Source of the DNA: Hellea sp.
GTDB taxonomy: Bacteria > Pseudomonadota > Alphaproteobacteria > Caulobacterales > Maricaulaceae
Length of the DNA: 64,000 bases
Direction: 5' to 3'
Assembly (NCBI GenBank): GCA_020627655.1
Contig: JAHDGM010000005.1
Coordinates: 2,977-66,976 of the forward strand
Part shown: positions 10,346-19,914 of the stretch, piece after piece
Position numbering within the stretch: position 1 is the stretch's first letter
Layout: each line of letters starts with the position of its first letter
Notes under the pieces: generated by a model
What the model was told of the DNA's origin: nothing
What the model saw: the letters and a program-made list of their open reading frames with translations, nothing else
The model's database searches: none
Position numbers and translations under genes: made by a program

Positions 10346-11278
10346 ATGCGTAAAATTGTTTTGTTTTTTCTGATCGCCATCTTCGTCTCTGGGCCTGCTT
10401 TGGCGCAAAGTAAAAAAGAATTAGCAGCTCAAAATGCGGCTTTGGCTGAGCGGTTATCGCGTCTGGAAAGCCGTATGTTAACCGGTGACCCGGCGGCAGA
10501 ACAACTCATGCAGCGTATGGATGCGCTAGAGGCCGAGCAGCGTAGCCTGACCGGCGAAATTGAGCAGCTGCGTTTCGAGCGTAATAATCTAAAAGCTGAA
10601 ATTACAGCACTCAACGAGGATATTAGTTCATTAGAAGCGCTCGAAGATCGTATGCGTTTACATTTGGATGCAGTCGATCTGGTGAGTTCTGAGCGTTCCA
10701 GACAACAGAGTGTGACTGTACAACCACAATCAACAACGGTTTATGATGGAAGCCCGGTAACGGATAGTTACGGGGCAATTACAGGGATAGTAGATCCTAA
10801 CCAGCCTTCAAATGTTCCGTCAGCGCCCGTAAGCCGCGATGTTGAAATCCCCGTAGGCTCTTATCCCGGAGGGTCCGCTCCTGCACAAGCATATCCCAAT
10901 CTTGATAATCTGCCTGAACAGGGCAAACAAAAGCTTTATGAAGGCAATTTCACAGGCGCGCAGTCGGACTTTAAAACTTATCTTGCGATTTCGCCTGATG
11001 CCGCTAACTCTGGAGAAGTCAGTTATTGGTTAGGTGAAACCTATTTCGTGAAAGGTGGTTACGCCGACGCGGCTGATGCCTATATCACCTCTATGAGGAA
11101 GGACCCCCAGGGGGTTAAGGCTCCGGAGGCTTTAATTCGGCTCGCAGCTTCTATGCGTGAACTTGGAAAGAAAACTGAGAGTTGTCAGGCCTTAGATAGT
11201 TTTCCGGTTCAGTTCCCAGGCGCTTCAGCCGAGCTTCGTGAAAAGGTCCGCACCGAGCAGGCCCGAACGGGATGCTAA
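10346..11278 (+). CDS. cpoB: cell division coordinator CpoB (YbgF)
   Basis: Signal peptide MRKIVLFFLIAIFVSGPALAQ, a coiled-coil N-terminal half and a TPR-like C-terminus (YWLGETYFVKGGYADAADAY). Lies directly after pal. Start re-picked at ATG 10346. Confidence 0.8.
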   Translation: MRKIVLFFLIAIFVSGPALAQSKKELAAQNAALAERLSRLESRMLTGDPAAEQLMQRMDALEAEQRSLTGEIEQLRFERNNLKAEITALNEDISSLEALEDRMRLHLDAVDLVSSERSRQQSVTVQPQSTTVYDGSPVTDSYGAITGIVDPNQPSNVPSAPVSRDVEIPVGSYPGGSAPAQAYPNLDNLPEQGKQKLYEGNFTGAQSDFKTYLAISPDAANSGEVSYWLGETYFVKGGYADAADAYITSMRKDPQGVKAPEALIRLAASMRELGKKTESCQALDSFPVQFPGASAELREKVRTEQARTGC

Positions 11279-12591
11279 TCGCCGAAAGGCTCAAACTTAT
11301 TCTTAAAACCTTGCCAGACACGCGTCTGGCTATTGCATTTTCAGGCGGCGGTGACAGCACTGCACTTGTTCATATGTGCCGAAATCTGTCTCAGAAACCC
11401 TTAATCCTCATTGTCGATCATGCCCTGCGAACTGGGTCGAACCAAGAGGCTGAAACGGCCAAGCTATGGGCAGAAAGCTTGGGTCTGGAAACTCGGATAT
11501 TGCACTGGACACATGATGGCGTGTCCACAGGTATTCAGGAAAAAGCAAGGACGGCGCGTTATGCATTAATGGGACAGGTTTGCCGAGATGTCGGAGTAGA
11601 ATTTTTGCTGACCGCACATTCAAAGGATGATCAGGCCGAAACCTTGTTGATGCGATATGATAAAGGGACAGGCTGGCGCGGGGCGGCGGGTATGATGCCT
11701 AGTATTTATGCGCCGCTTTGGCCGCATTTGGCAGGCGTAACGCTTTTACGGCCATTATTATCTGTGAGCCGAACAGAGCTGCGGGCCTATAACAGGCAAA
11801 ATAATTTAAACTGGATCGAAGACCCATCTAACCAGAATGAAAGCTTTGAAAGAATTCGTGCGCGGAAATACCTTGCGGGAAAACCCGCGCTTGCCAGACA
11901 TCTGCATAGAACCTCAACATTTCTTCAAAACGGCCTTGCACTTGAAAAACAACGACTTGTTCATCTCACTCATGAACGAGTTAAAATCGATGAGAACGGC
12001 CTAATTCGCATTTACGGTGCTCTGCCGCCGCGATTATGGGAATGTATTGTAAGAGCTGCAAGCGGGACGGGTGGCCCGGTCGAGAAAAGAAAAATCCTAA
12101 ATTTGATGTCAGCTGTCTCTCAGCCTGACTTTAAGGGTCAAACCTTAGGCGGTGCGTTAGTTATTGCCGAAGATCATCGGCTTTGCGTCGGACGAGATCC
12201 GGCTGCTTACAAAGGTCGCAGCAATAACCCTGCTGTTGAAGCACAATCAGTTTCGGCTGGACAGTCTGTTATTTGGGATGGACGATTTGAAGTCACCGCG
12301 GAGGGAGCGGGGGGGGAACTTATGACCTTTGCACAAGCGCGGCGTCTCTATCCCAGCATAATGGAGCTATCAGGGGACACAAATCATAACCTTATTTTCA
12401 ATTTACCGGTTCAGGCTTTTGCCGGGAGTCACCCAGTCGTGATAAAAGATGGTAATGTTATTTCAAATATCGGACTTAGGCCGTCTAAAGGCGTGAGAAT
12501 TACGTCTCTAGTGGCCCGCCGTTTGCATCATAGGGTTGGTGATATGAATTTGACTGAAAAAAACTCACCAAAGAGCTGCGACAAGACTTAA
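11272..12591 (+). CDS. tilS: tRNA(Ile)-lysidine synthetase
   Basis: PP-loop AFSGGGDSTAL and AHSKDDQAETLLMR. Confidence 0.9.
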   Translation: MLIAERLKLILKTLPDTRLAIAFSGGGDSTALVHMCRNLSQKPLILIVDHALRTGSNQEAETAKLWAESLGLETRILHWTHDGVSTGIQEKARTARYALMGQVCRDVGVEFLLTAHSKDDQAETLLMRYDKGTGWRGAAGMMPSIYAPLWPHLAGVTLLRPLLSVSRTELRAYNRQNNLNWIEDPSNQNESFERIRARKYLAGKPALARHLHRTSTFLQNGLALEKQRLVHLTHERVKIDENGLIRIYGALPPRLWECIVRAASGTGGPVEKRKILNLMSAVSQPDFKGQTLGGALVIAEDHRLCVGRDPAAYKGRSNNPAVEAQSVSAGQSVIWDGRFEVTAEGAGGELMTFAQARRLYPSIMELSGDTNHNLIFNLPVQAFAGSHPVVIKDGNVISNIGLRPSKGVRITSLVARRLHHRVGDMNLTEKNSPKSCDKT

Positions 12592-12654
12592 CTTTATTAA
12601 GACCCTTCCTATATGGTATAAGTAATTTCGCGCCTCTTGCGGACAGGAACAGCT

Positions 12655-14562
12655 ATGAACAACAATAATATGCGTAATTTGGCTATGTGGGCTTTGGTTA
12701 TCACAATGTTTATTGTGATGATTTCAGTGTCTCAGAATTCTTTCCAGGCTGCGACTGAGAATAAGTATTCATATTCTGAGCTTGAAGAAATGGTCAGCGC
12801 CGGAGAAATCAAAACGGCACAAATTGATGAGGCAGGCGGCCTTATCACAGGTGAAACATCTGATGGTAAAAAATATAAAGCCAATACGTCGCGTATTGAA
12901 GACCGTGCTGGCGAAATGTTTGACGAGGCAGGGGTTGAATATGATTACGCGGATGTGAAAACAACCAGTCCTTTGATGTCACTTTTGATCAACGCATTAC
13001 CGCTTTTGCTGATTATCGGTGTCACTTTGATGTTTATGCGTTCTATGCAAGGTGGCGGTCGCGGCGGCGCTATGAGCTTTGGTAAGTCGCGTGCAAAACT
13101 GCTGAATGAACCCTCAGGCAAAGTCACCTTCGATGATGTGGCCGGCGTTGAAAGCGCCAAAGAAGATCTCAAAGAGGTCGTTGAATTCCTGCGTGATCCG
13201 ACAAAATTTACACGTCTTGGGGCTAAAATTCCAACAGGCGCTCTGCTTGTTGGCCCTCCCGGCACAGGTAAAACATTGCTTGCACGTGCTGTTGCTGGCG
13301 AAGCAGGAGTGCCGTTCTTCACCATTTCCGGTTCGGATTTTGTTGAAATGTTTGTCGGTGTGGGTGCGTCTCGTGTTCGGGATATGTTTGCAGATGCCCG
13401 CAAAAATGCGCCATGTATTATCTTCATCGACGAGATTGATGCCGTTGGCCGTCACCGCGGTGTTGGGACATCGGGCGGTCATGAGGAACGCGAGCAGACC
13501 TTGAACCAGCTTTTGGTTGAGATGGACGGATTTGACGGTAAAGAAGGCGTGATCATTATCGCGGCGACTAACCGTCCTGACGTTCTGGATAAGGCTCTAT
13601 TGCGCCCTGGTCGTTTTGACCGACAAATCGAAGTGCCATATCCGGATATTGCAGGACGCGAGAAAATTTTACAGGTTCACATGCGCGGAAAGCCAATGGC
13701 TGCTGACGTTGATGTAAAATATATTGCAAAAGGTACGCCGGGCTTTTCAGGGGCCGATTTAGCTAACCTGGTTAATGAGGCTGCGCTTCTGGCAGCGCGC
13801 CGGAACAAGCGTAAGATAAACTTGCGAGAGTTTGAGGACGCCCGTGACAAAGTCATGATGGGCGCTGAACGTCGTACATTGGCAATGAGCGAAGAAGAAA
13901 AGCAGATGACTGCCTATCATGAAGCCGGACACGCTATTGTAGGTCTTAATATGCCGGGATCCTTACCGATCCACAAAGCTACTATTATTCCTCGTGGGCG
14001 TGCACTGGGCATGGTGCAATATATGCCGGAGCGGGATCAGATTTCGCAAAGTCGCGAAGAAATGATCGCTCGTATGGCTATGGCTATGGGGGGACGTGCA
14101 GCCGAAGAGATCAAATTTGGGTATGACAAAGTCACTTCTGGAGCGTCATCAGACATTGAACAGGTCACACGTATTGCCACCGCTATGGTTACCGAGTGGG
14201 GTTTATCTGATGAAGTTGGCCCGATTGCCTATAAGAATACCGACAGTAACAGCTTTCATCCTGGTATCGGCCGTGGATCTGCGATTTCCCCGGAAACTGC
14301 TAGCATGATCGAATCCGAAATTAAGCGGTTTGTAACTGAAGCTCATGAGACAGCAACTAAAATCCTCAAAAAGAAAAAGAAGCATTGGGTGGCTCTGGCT
14401 GAAGCGCTTTTGGAGTATGAAACGTTGACAGGAGACGAGATTAAAAATCTGCTCGAAGACGATATCAAGCCCAAGCGTCCAAATGCGGCGGGCAAGCCCA
14501 CCTTGTCAGCTGTTCCGACAACAAGCGGCCCTACTATTGGTAAGGCTCAACCGGAATCATAA
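12655..14562 (+). CDS. ftsH: ATP-dependent zinc metalloprotease FtsH
   Basis: Walker [24 protein letters not shown], the AAA second region of homology, and zinc motif [11 protein letters not shown] 12655 is preceded by AGGA. Confidence 0.97.
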   Translation: MNNNNMRNLAMWALVITMFIVMISVSQNSFQAATENKYSYSELEEMVSAGEIKTAQIDEAGGLITGETSDGKKYKANTSRIEDRAGEMFDEAGVEYDYADVKTTSPLMSLLINALPLLLIIGVTLMFMRSMQGGGRGGAMSFGKSRAKLLNEPSGKVTFDDVAGVESAKEDLKEVVEFLRDPTKFTRLGAKIPTGALLVGPPGTGKTLLARAVAGEAGVPFFTISGSDFVEMFVGVGASRVRDMFADARKNAPCIIFIDEIDAVGRHRGVGTSGGHEEREQTLNQLLVEMDGFDGKEGVIIIAATNRPDVLDKALLRPGRFDRQIEVPYPDIAGREKILQVHMRGKPMAADVDVKYIAKGTPGFSGADLANLVNEAALLAARRNKRKINLREFEDARDKVMMGAERRTLAMSEEEKQMTAYHEAGHAIVGLNMPGSLPIHKATIIPRGRALGMVQYMPERDQISQSREEMIARMAMAMGGRAAEEIKFGYDKVTSGASSDIEQVTRIATAMVTEWGLSDEVGPIAYKNTDSNSFHPGIGRGSAISPETASMIESEIKRFVTEAHETATKILKKKKKHWVALAEALLEYETLTGDEIKNLLEDDIKPKRPNAAGKPTLSAVPTTSGPTIGKAQPES

Positions 14563-14662
14563 CCTGTATTTTAGCTGGTTTTAGCATTTTGGTTATAACG
14601 AGGCTTGAATTTGATGGTTGTCAGGCTCTTGCGCACAATTTGCGGGCGCGATAGGGACAATT

Positions 14663-15493
14663 ATGGGGACTCGTCCAAACTTTCAACGCCCACAGGTTAT
14701 GGGCATATTAAATGTCACGCCTGATAGTTTCTCAGACGGGGGCAAAGTTAAAAGTGTAAGCGCTGCTGTTAAGCTGGCAACAAAAATGGTTGAGGCCGGC
14801 GCGGATATTATCGACATTGGTGGTGAGAGTACGCGTCCAGGTGCTGAGACAATCACTATTGCCGAAGAGATTAAACGTACTATCCCAATCATTAAGAAGT
14901 TGGCGGCTTCTTGGAAGAAAAAAGACATTCAAGCGCAAATTTCTATTGATACCCGCAAGGCAGAAGTTGCTGAAACGGCTATCAAGGCTGGAGCGCATAT
15001 CTGGAATGATGTGTCTGCGCTTACCTATGATGAAGAGTCAGTGGATGTCGCTGCCAGGCTTGGCTGTCCGGTGATATTAATGCACGCACAAGGAGCGCCT
15101 GAGACGATGCAGGATAATCCGTCCTATGAAGACGTACTCGGTGAAATTAAACTCTGGCTATCAACCCGTGTGGCTGTAGCGGTGGCCTCAGGCGTTAAGA
15201 TGGAAAATATCACCATCGATCCGGGGATTGGATTTGGTAAACGCCTTGAGGACAATCTGGCGATCTTGCGTCATCTCTCAACTTTTAGAGATATAGGTTG
15301 CCCTGTTTTACTTGGCGCGTCGCGCAAAAGCTATATGGGTAAAATTGATGGTTCCAAAGTTGATGACCGTCTTGGAGGCTCTGTTGCTACGGCGCTTTGG
15401 GGCGCTGAAAACGGAGCGGATATCATTAGGGTTCATGATGTTCAGGAAACGGCACAAGCGCTGAAAATTTGGGAGTCGATACAGGATGGATGA
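14663..15493 (+). CDS. folP: dihydropteroate synthase
   Basis: GILNVTPDSFSDGG and DIGGESTRPG. Start re-picked at ATG 14663 (AGGGA upstream). Confidence 0.9.
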   Translation: MGTRPNFQRPQVMGILNVTPDSFSDGGKVKSVSAAVKLATKMVEAGADIIDIGGESTRPGAETITIAEEIKRTIPIIKKLAASWKKKDIQAQISIDTRKAEVAETAIKAGAHIWNDVSALTYDEESVDVAARLGCPVILMHAQGAPETMQDNPSYEDVLGEIKLWLSTRVAVAVASGVKMENITIDPGIGFGKRLEDNLAILRHLSTFRDIGCPVLLGASRKSYMGKIDGSKVDDRLGGSVATALWGAENGADIIRVHDVQETAQALKIWESIQDG

Positions 15494-16352
15494 TAATGAC
15501 GTTGGCCGCGTTTTAATCATTGCGGGATCGGATTCTGGCGGCGGTGCCGGCATTCAAGCTGATATCAAAACTTGTGCAGCTTTAGGTGCTTATGCGGCTA
15601 CCGCGATTACAGCTGTGACAGCACAAAATACGCTAGGCGTACAAAAGGTCGAGGCGCTTTCAGTGGATATGGTCCGGGCTCAAATTCGGTCTGTCCTCGA
15701 TGATATTGGCGCAGATGTTATCAAGATCGGCATGCTGGCCAATGAAGAGATTATCCGGGCTGTGGCTGATGAAGTTAAAGATGAGCAGGCCTATGTGGTG
15801 CTGGATCCAGTTATGGTCGCGACGAGCGGGGATAAACTGCTCGAAGATGGTGCCGTTCGCGCGCTCAAAGAACTTCTCATTCCTATTTCTGATGTGATTA
15901 CGCCAAATGTGCCTGAAGCTAAAATCCTCACAGGTATTGAAATTGATGACGTTGATGATCTGGGTAAAGCTGGACAGGTCCTGATCGATCTTGGGGCGTA
16001 TGCGGCTGTTATGAAGGGCGGACATCTTGATGGCTCTATGGTTGTAGATATGCTGGTTTCAGAAGATGAGAACGCAGTTATGACCGCGCCGCGTATCAGG
16101 TCTAAGCATACACACGGTACAGGTTGTACGCTGGCCAGTGCTATTGCAGCTTCGATGGCGCTGGGCGCGCCACTGGATGAAGCGGTCAATACGGCTCGTG
16201 AATTTGTTTTTGAAGCGATCCGATCCGCGCCAGGATTGGGGCAGGGGAATGGCCCGCTCAATCACGGTCTTATTCTACCAGATACAGATGGTGGTGATGA
16301 TGACCCGGCGGCCAGCAATCCTTTTGCCGCTTTAAAAGAGCTTAAGAACTAG
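15486..16352 (+). CDS. thiD: hydroxymethylpyrimidine/phosphomethylpyrimidine kinase
   Basis: IAGSDSGGGAGIQADIKT and HGTGCTLASAIA. Confidence 0.9.
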   Translation: MDDNDVGRVLIIAGSDSGGGAGIQADIKTCAALGAYAATAITAVTAQNTLGVQKVEALSVDMVRAQIRSVLDDIGADVIKIGMLANEEIIRAVADEVKDEQAYVVLDPVMVATSGDKLLEDGAVRALKELLIPISDVITPNVPEAKILTGIEIDDVDDLGKAGQVLIDLGAYAAVMKGGHLDGSMVVDMLVSEDENAVMTAPRIRSKHTHGTGCTLASAIAASMALGAPLDEAVNTAREFVFEAIRSAPGLGQGNGPLNHGLILPDTDGGDDDPAASNPFAALKELKN

Positions 16353-16383
16353 AAAGCTTGGATTCGGGCTTTAAACCCTCTAT

Positions 16384-17121
16384 ATGCCCCAAATGTCTGA
16401 AAATGGCCCTGATATGTGGCGTGCTAGCGTCTTAACCCTGTTTCCGGACGCATTTCCGGGGATTCTGGGCCAATCCATCATTGGAACGGCTGAAAAGAAT
16501 CGAATTTGGGGGCTAGAAACAGTAGACATACGAGATTTTGCTGCTAATAAGCACCGCAATGTCGATGACACCCCTGCAGGCGGCGGACCAGGAATGGTCA
16601 TAAAGCCGGATATAGCTGCAGCCGCCATCGATAGCGTGGCCCAGATGGGCCGCCCTATAATCTATATGACCCCGCGCGGGACGCCATTGACACAAAAGCG
16701 TGTCAAAGAGCTGGCGGCCGGTCCGGGTGTTATTGTGTTTTGCGGGCGGTTTGAAGGCCTTGACCAGCGGGTCATAGAAGCGCGTCAGATGGAAGAAATA
16801 TCCATTGGCGACTTCGTACTGGCCGGTGGCGAGGTAGCAACAATGGCTATGCTGGAAGCTTGTGTGCGGCTTCTGCCCGGCGTCCTAGGGGATGCGAGCA
16901 GCGCAGACGAGGAGAGTTTTGAAGATGGTCTTTTGGAGTATCCGCTCTATACGAGGCCAAGAGAATGGGAAAACCGGAAAATTCCGGAGGTTCTGCTCTC
17001 CGGTGATCATAAAAAGATTGCCGCGTGGCAGCAGACCCAAAAAGAAGTCATAACCAAGGCCCGACGGCCTGATTTATATAAGGCCTATAAGGCAAAAGGA
17101 GACGGTCATGAACATGATTGA
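16384..17121 (+). CDS. trmD: tRNA (guanine37-N1)-methyltransferase
   Basis: TrmD-type sequence ([31 protein letters not shown]). Immediately precedes rplS, as is typical. Confidence 0.95.
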   Translation: MPQMSENGPDMWRASVLTLFPDAFPGILGQSIIGTAEKNRIWGLETVDIRDFAANKHRNVDDTPAGGGPGMVIKPDIAAAAIDSVAQMGRPIIYMTPRGTPLTQKRVKELAAGPGVIVFCGRFEGLDQRVIEARQMEEISIGDFVLAGGEVATMAMLEACVRLLPGVLGDASSADEESFEDGLLEYPLYTRPREWENRKIPEVLLSGDHKKIAAWQQTQKEVITKARRPDLYKAYKAKGDGHEHD

Positions 17122-17518
17122 AACTTTGAATAAAGAAGAAGAAGCCCGCTTACTGGAATCCGGTAAGGTTATTCCTGATTTTTCAGCTGGTGATACTCTG
17201 ATCGTGCAAGTGCGGATTACTGAGGGTAACCGGACACGTCTTCAGGCTTTTGAAGGGGTGTGTATAGCCCGTTCTGGTAAAGGCCTGAATGAGAGTTTTA
17301 CAGTTCGTAAAATTTCTTACGGTGAGGGTGTAGAGCGGGTATTCCCGGTTTACTCACCGCTTGTTGAAGAGATCCAAGTTAAGCGTAAGGGTAAAGTTCG
17401 CCGTGCTAAGCTTTATTACTTGCGTGAGCGCCGCGGTAAATCGGCTCGTATTGCTGAGCGGACTACTGGACGCGGTATCGAAGCGACCCGTAAAAAGGGC
17501 GAAGCTAAAAAGAAATAG
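17108..17518 (+). CDS. rplS: 50S ribosomal protein L19
   Basis: [56 protein letters not shown]. Confidence 0.95.
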   Translation: MNMIETLNKEEEARLLESGKVIPDFSAGDTLIVQVRITEGNRTRLQAFEGVCIARSGKGLNESFTVRKISYGEGVERVFPVYSPLVEEIQVKRKGKVRRAKLYYLRERRGKSARIAERTTGRGIEATRKKGEAKKK

Positions 17519-17535
17519 CTTGAGCTAAAAATTAG

Positions 17536-17567
17536 AAAAAACCCGGCCGTTGAGCCGGGTTTTTTTA
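17536..17567. terminator. bidirectional rho-independent terminator between convergent rplS and the PKD-like gene
   Basis: AAAAAACCCGGC-cgttga-GCCGGGTTTTTTT. A 7-bp GC-rich stem is flanked by an A-run and a T-run. Confidence 0.75.
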
Positions 17568-17575
17568 TTGATAAA

Positions 17576-18379
17576 TTATCGGCTATGTTGCCCGTGAGAG
17601 CGGCCATTATGTGTTACGATTACCGTATCAGCTTCCTCAGAATCGGCTTGGCCATCATTGACTGTTAACGCAAATGCCAGGATTTGGTCAGCCCTGCCCG
17701 GAGGGTATGTAAAACTTGGAGTCGCCGATGTTGGATCATCTAAGGCAACCTCTGGGCCTTCGATCTGAGTCCAGCTGTAAGTCAACGTGTCGCCATCTTC
17801 ATCAAAGGACGCGGTTCCGTCCAAAGTGATCACTCGATTAGGTATGGCTTTGTCGATGTCTTCTCCTGCCATAGCAACAGGCGGTGTGTTAAATCTTAGA
17901 GCAAGGTCAGCACATCCGCCGCCAGCATCAATCAAAGTTTGAGCATCAAGTTCTACCTCATCTTGGTATGTGTCATTAGTCCGTGCGTAATCTGTGTCAA
18001 AAAATTGTAATGTGAGCGGCCCGTTAGTATTTGGCGTAGGGTAAGTGATTATTGAAGTACGCCATAATATCCAGCGTGGATTGGCATAAGTTCCATATCG
18101 AGAACCAAAACGCGATGCTAACTCGGTCCCTGATCCATCAATAATTTTGACTTTAAAATAGTCGTAATTACTTGGTGCATCACGACCATAAGGATGCGCA
18201 CGTGTCAAAACGCGCAAGTTGATCCTACACTGAGCAGAATAATATGGTGGGTATGCATCATAGCCTTGGACGGTATAAGTCAGGCTATCAAGATCAAACT
18301 CTGCGGCTCGAGCATTGTCAGTTGTAAATAAAGTCGAGGCTAATAAGCCTGCTGCCAAAGATTTATATAGATGTTTCAT
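17576..18379 (-). CDS. secreted protein with C-terminal PKD/Ig-like domain
   Basis: Signal peptide (..FTTDNARA/AE). The C-terminus ITLDGTASFDEDGDTLTYSWTQIEGPEVALDD..TPSFTYP..FALTVNDG is a PKD-type pattern. Confidence 0.6.
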   Translation of the reverse strand: MKHLYKSLAAGLLASTLFTTDNARAAEFDLDSLTYTVQGYDAYPPYYSAQCRINLRVLTRAHPYGRDAPSNYDYFKVKIIDGSGTELASRFGSRYGTYANPRWILWRTSIITYPTPNTNGPLTLQFFDTDYARTNDTYQDEVELDAQTLIDAGGGCADLALRFNTPPVAMAGEDIDKAIPNRVITLDGTASFDEDGDTLTYSWTQIEGPEVALDDPTSATPSFTYPPGRADQILAFALTVNDGQADSEEADTVIVTHNGRSHGQHSR

Positions 18380-18383
18380 TAAA

Positions 18384-18411
18384 CTCTCCCAATTTTTCTA
18401 GAATTGGAGAG
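18384..18411 (-). promoter_or_regulatory. stem-loop that sequesters the Shine-Dalgarno of the PKD-like gene
   Basis: mRNA sense reads CUCUCCAAUU-CUAGAAA-AAUUGGGAGAG-UUUA-AUG. The stem is 10 bp with a 1-nt bulge, and its 3' arm is the SD (GGGAGAG). Confidence 0.45.
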
Positions 18412-18459
18412 CTAGTACAGTGCGGAAAATTAAGTGCCTGTGATGAAAATCACGCCTTT

Positions 18460-18933
18460 TTAACTAATGCCCTGCTCACAAGTCGCAGTCGTGCCTTTTT
18501 TGAACCCATAAGAAATCCAGCCGGTTTCAAAATGTTCTTTCGTCACGGGTACCTTACGCCGGGCGCTGTAATGAAAGTAACAATTACCTGACTGGAATAT
18601 ATAAAAACAATGTGTACCGGTAATCTGCTCATGATTATAACTGTAGCAAATAGTGTCATTACCAATGATGTAGACGCCCTTGGTTTTGTAGCTGGGATCA
18701 CCATAATGTTCGTATGACGTTGTTGCGTTATCGTGATGGATTTCCAGATATGACATGGGCGTTTGGCCCTCAGGCATATTATAGACGCCATTAATTGCCT
18801 GGCCGCCATAAACCGCCATTATCTGTTCACTGCTTAGTCGTTTATATTCTGGACTTTTAGGTTCATTGGCATCCGATAAACCCGATACGTAAATTAAAGC
18901 TGCAAAGACGATTAGGTAAAATCGGGCAGACAT
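18460..18933 (-). CDS. secreted Cys-containing hypothetical protein, paralog B
   Basis: 157 aa with a signal peptide. Aligns along its length with the upstream 168-aa ORF (GVY..E(F/I)HH.N.TT.Y.H.G...Y..KGV.I....CY.YN...I.G..CFYIF...NCY.HY). Four Cys are conserved. Confidence 0.6.
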   Translation of the reverse strand: MSARFYLIVFAALIYVSGLSDANEPKSPEYKRLSSEQIMAVYGGQAINGVYNMPEGQTPMSYLEIHHDNATTSYEHYGDPSYKTKGVYIIGNDTICYSYNHEQITGTHCFYIFQSGNCYFHYSARRKVPVTKEHFETGWISYGFKKGTTATCEQGIS

Positions 18934-19418
18934 GTCTGTTTATCCTCCCGGCGATAGGCCATGGATGACCAATTCTCGAAACCTTCTTTGGTCTTGGGCA
19001 TAGGGGCGCCTGCAAAATAGTGATAATAGCAATTTTCTTTTTCGAAAATGTAGAAACAAAACCTGCCAATAATGTTGGGTGGATCATTATACATATAACA
19101 CATCCGGTCTTTTTGAACGATGAACACGCCTTTGGACGTGTAGTTTGTATAACCTCTGTGTTTGTAGGTGGTCGTGCTGTTCTTATGGTGAAATTCTGTA
19201 AATGTGACGGGAGATCCATCGGGTAAAAGCTTGTGAGAGCCCGGCGAATAAACACCCTCCAAAGTGATTTCCATATGAGTGGCAAGAAGTTCGTCGCCTG
19301 ACAATAAACGATAACCATGAGATTCGGTTGTGTCTTCAGATAAGTTTTCTGCAGTTGCCGGACTCGAGAAGAGCCCTGTAATCAGGATTGATAAAACTAT
19401 AATCGGACTGTTACGCAT
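18912..19418 (-). CDS. secreted Cys-containing hypothetical protein, paralog A
   Basis: 168 aa with a signal peptide (..SSPATA/EN). Tandem paralog of 18460..18933, with a 22-nt overlap. Confidence 0.6.
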   Translation of the reverse strand: MRNSPIIVLSILITGLFSSPATAENLSEDTTESHGYRLLSGDELLATHMEITLEGVYSPGSHKLLPDGSPVTFTEFHHKNSTTTYKHRGYTNYTSKGVFIVQKDRMCYMYNDPPNIIGRFCFYIFEKENCYYHYFAGAPMPKTKEGFENWSSMAYRREDKQTCLPDFT

Positions 19419-19509
19419 AACAGTTCATAGCATATTTGAAGAATTTGACTATATTCTTATACAGAGTGGATAGATGTACTTTTGTCCTTAATTGCCGTAG
19501 AGTTTTCCG

Positions 19510-19830
19510 ATGACTGAAAATAAAAAAAGGCGTAGCGACAGTATATCTGAACGCAGGTTTCGCCGACACAACAGAGCGGCTGAACGTCGCCGCAAAGCAG
19601 CACAGGAAGATAGCCGTTTTTTCAGAGCTGTATTTTCACTTGCCGGCGTAACGGCAGCTTTTGCTATAGGGCTTGCCGTCTTTGGACTAAGCGGTGGTTC
19701 GATTGATCCGGCGTCTATGGACGGACTGCTGGCACCCTGGATTGGCCCATTATCGAGATTGGATATAGCCGGTTTAGCGTTCATTCTACTATTAGGCGGA
19801 CTTTATTTTTGGCGCATACGTAAACGCTGA
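19510..19830 (+). CDS. small membrane protein with Arg-rich N-terminus (hypothetical)
   Basis: 106 aa with a basic N-terminus and two hydrophobic helices. No clear SD. A competing antisense ORF (19488..19784) has no such features. Confidence 0.4.
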   Translation: MTENKKRRSDSISERRFRRHNRAAERRRKAAQEDSRFFRAVFSLAGVTAAFAIGLAVFGLSGGSIDPASMDGLLAPWIGPLSRLDIAGLAFILLLGGLYFWRIRKR

Positions 19831-19914
19831 ATTTAAGATAGACACGCAAAACATTTTCGCTTACATGCGGCTGTCTAATTTTAGGCGCAATTTCATGCCA
19901 GATAGGAGGTCATT

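Noticed and set aside
12309-12316. G8 homopolymer inside tilS, and a second G8 at 24959..24966 inside kpsF, as possible phase-variation tracts.
   Set aside because: Both encode ordinary Gly-Gly or Pro-Pro codons within intact essential-type genes. There is no evidence of slippage, and the tracts are short.
12945-13504. 160-aa, 132-aa and 122-aa ORFs inside ftsH on both strands.
   Set aside because: ftsH is unambiguous across this region (Walker A/B, SRH), so the shadow ORFs are compositional artefacts.
15791-16261. 156-aa antisense ORF within thiD.
   Set aside because: Ser/Ala/Thr-rich and low in complexity. thiD motifs occupy the sense frame.
18424-18439. Sigma-54-like element on the minus strand (AGGCAC-TTAAT-TTTCC) between the paralogs and the PKD-like gene.
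   Set aside because: GG is present, but the -12 GC is missing at the required spacing (TC instead of GC), so it is not a credible -24/-12 promoter.
18863-19318. 151-aa alternative-frame ORF overlapping the 168-aa paralog on the same strand.
   Set aside because: It has no signal peptide or paralog relationship. The 168-aa frame is supported by its alignment to the neighbouring 157-aa protein.
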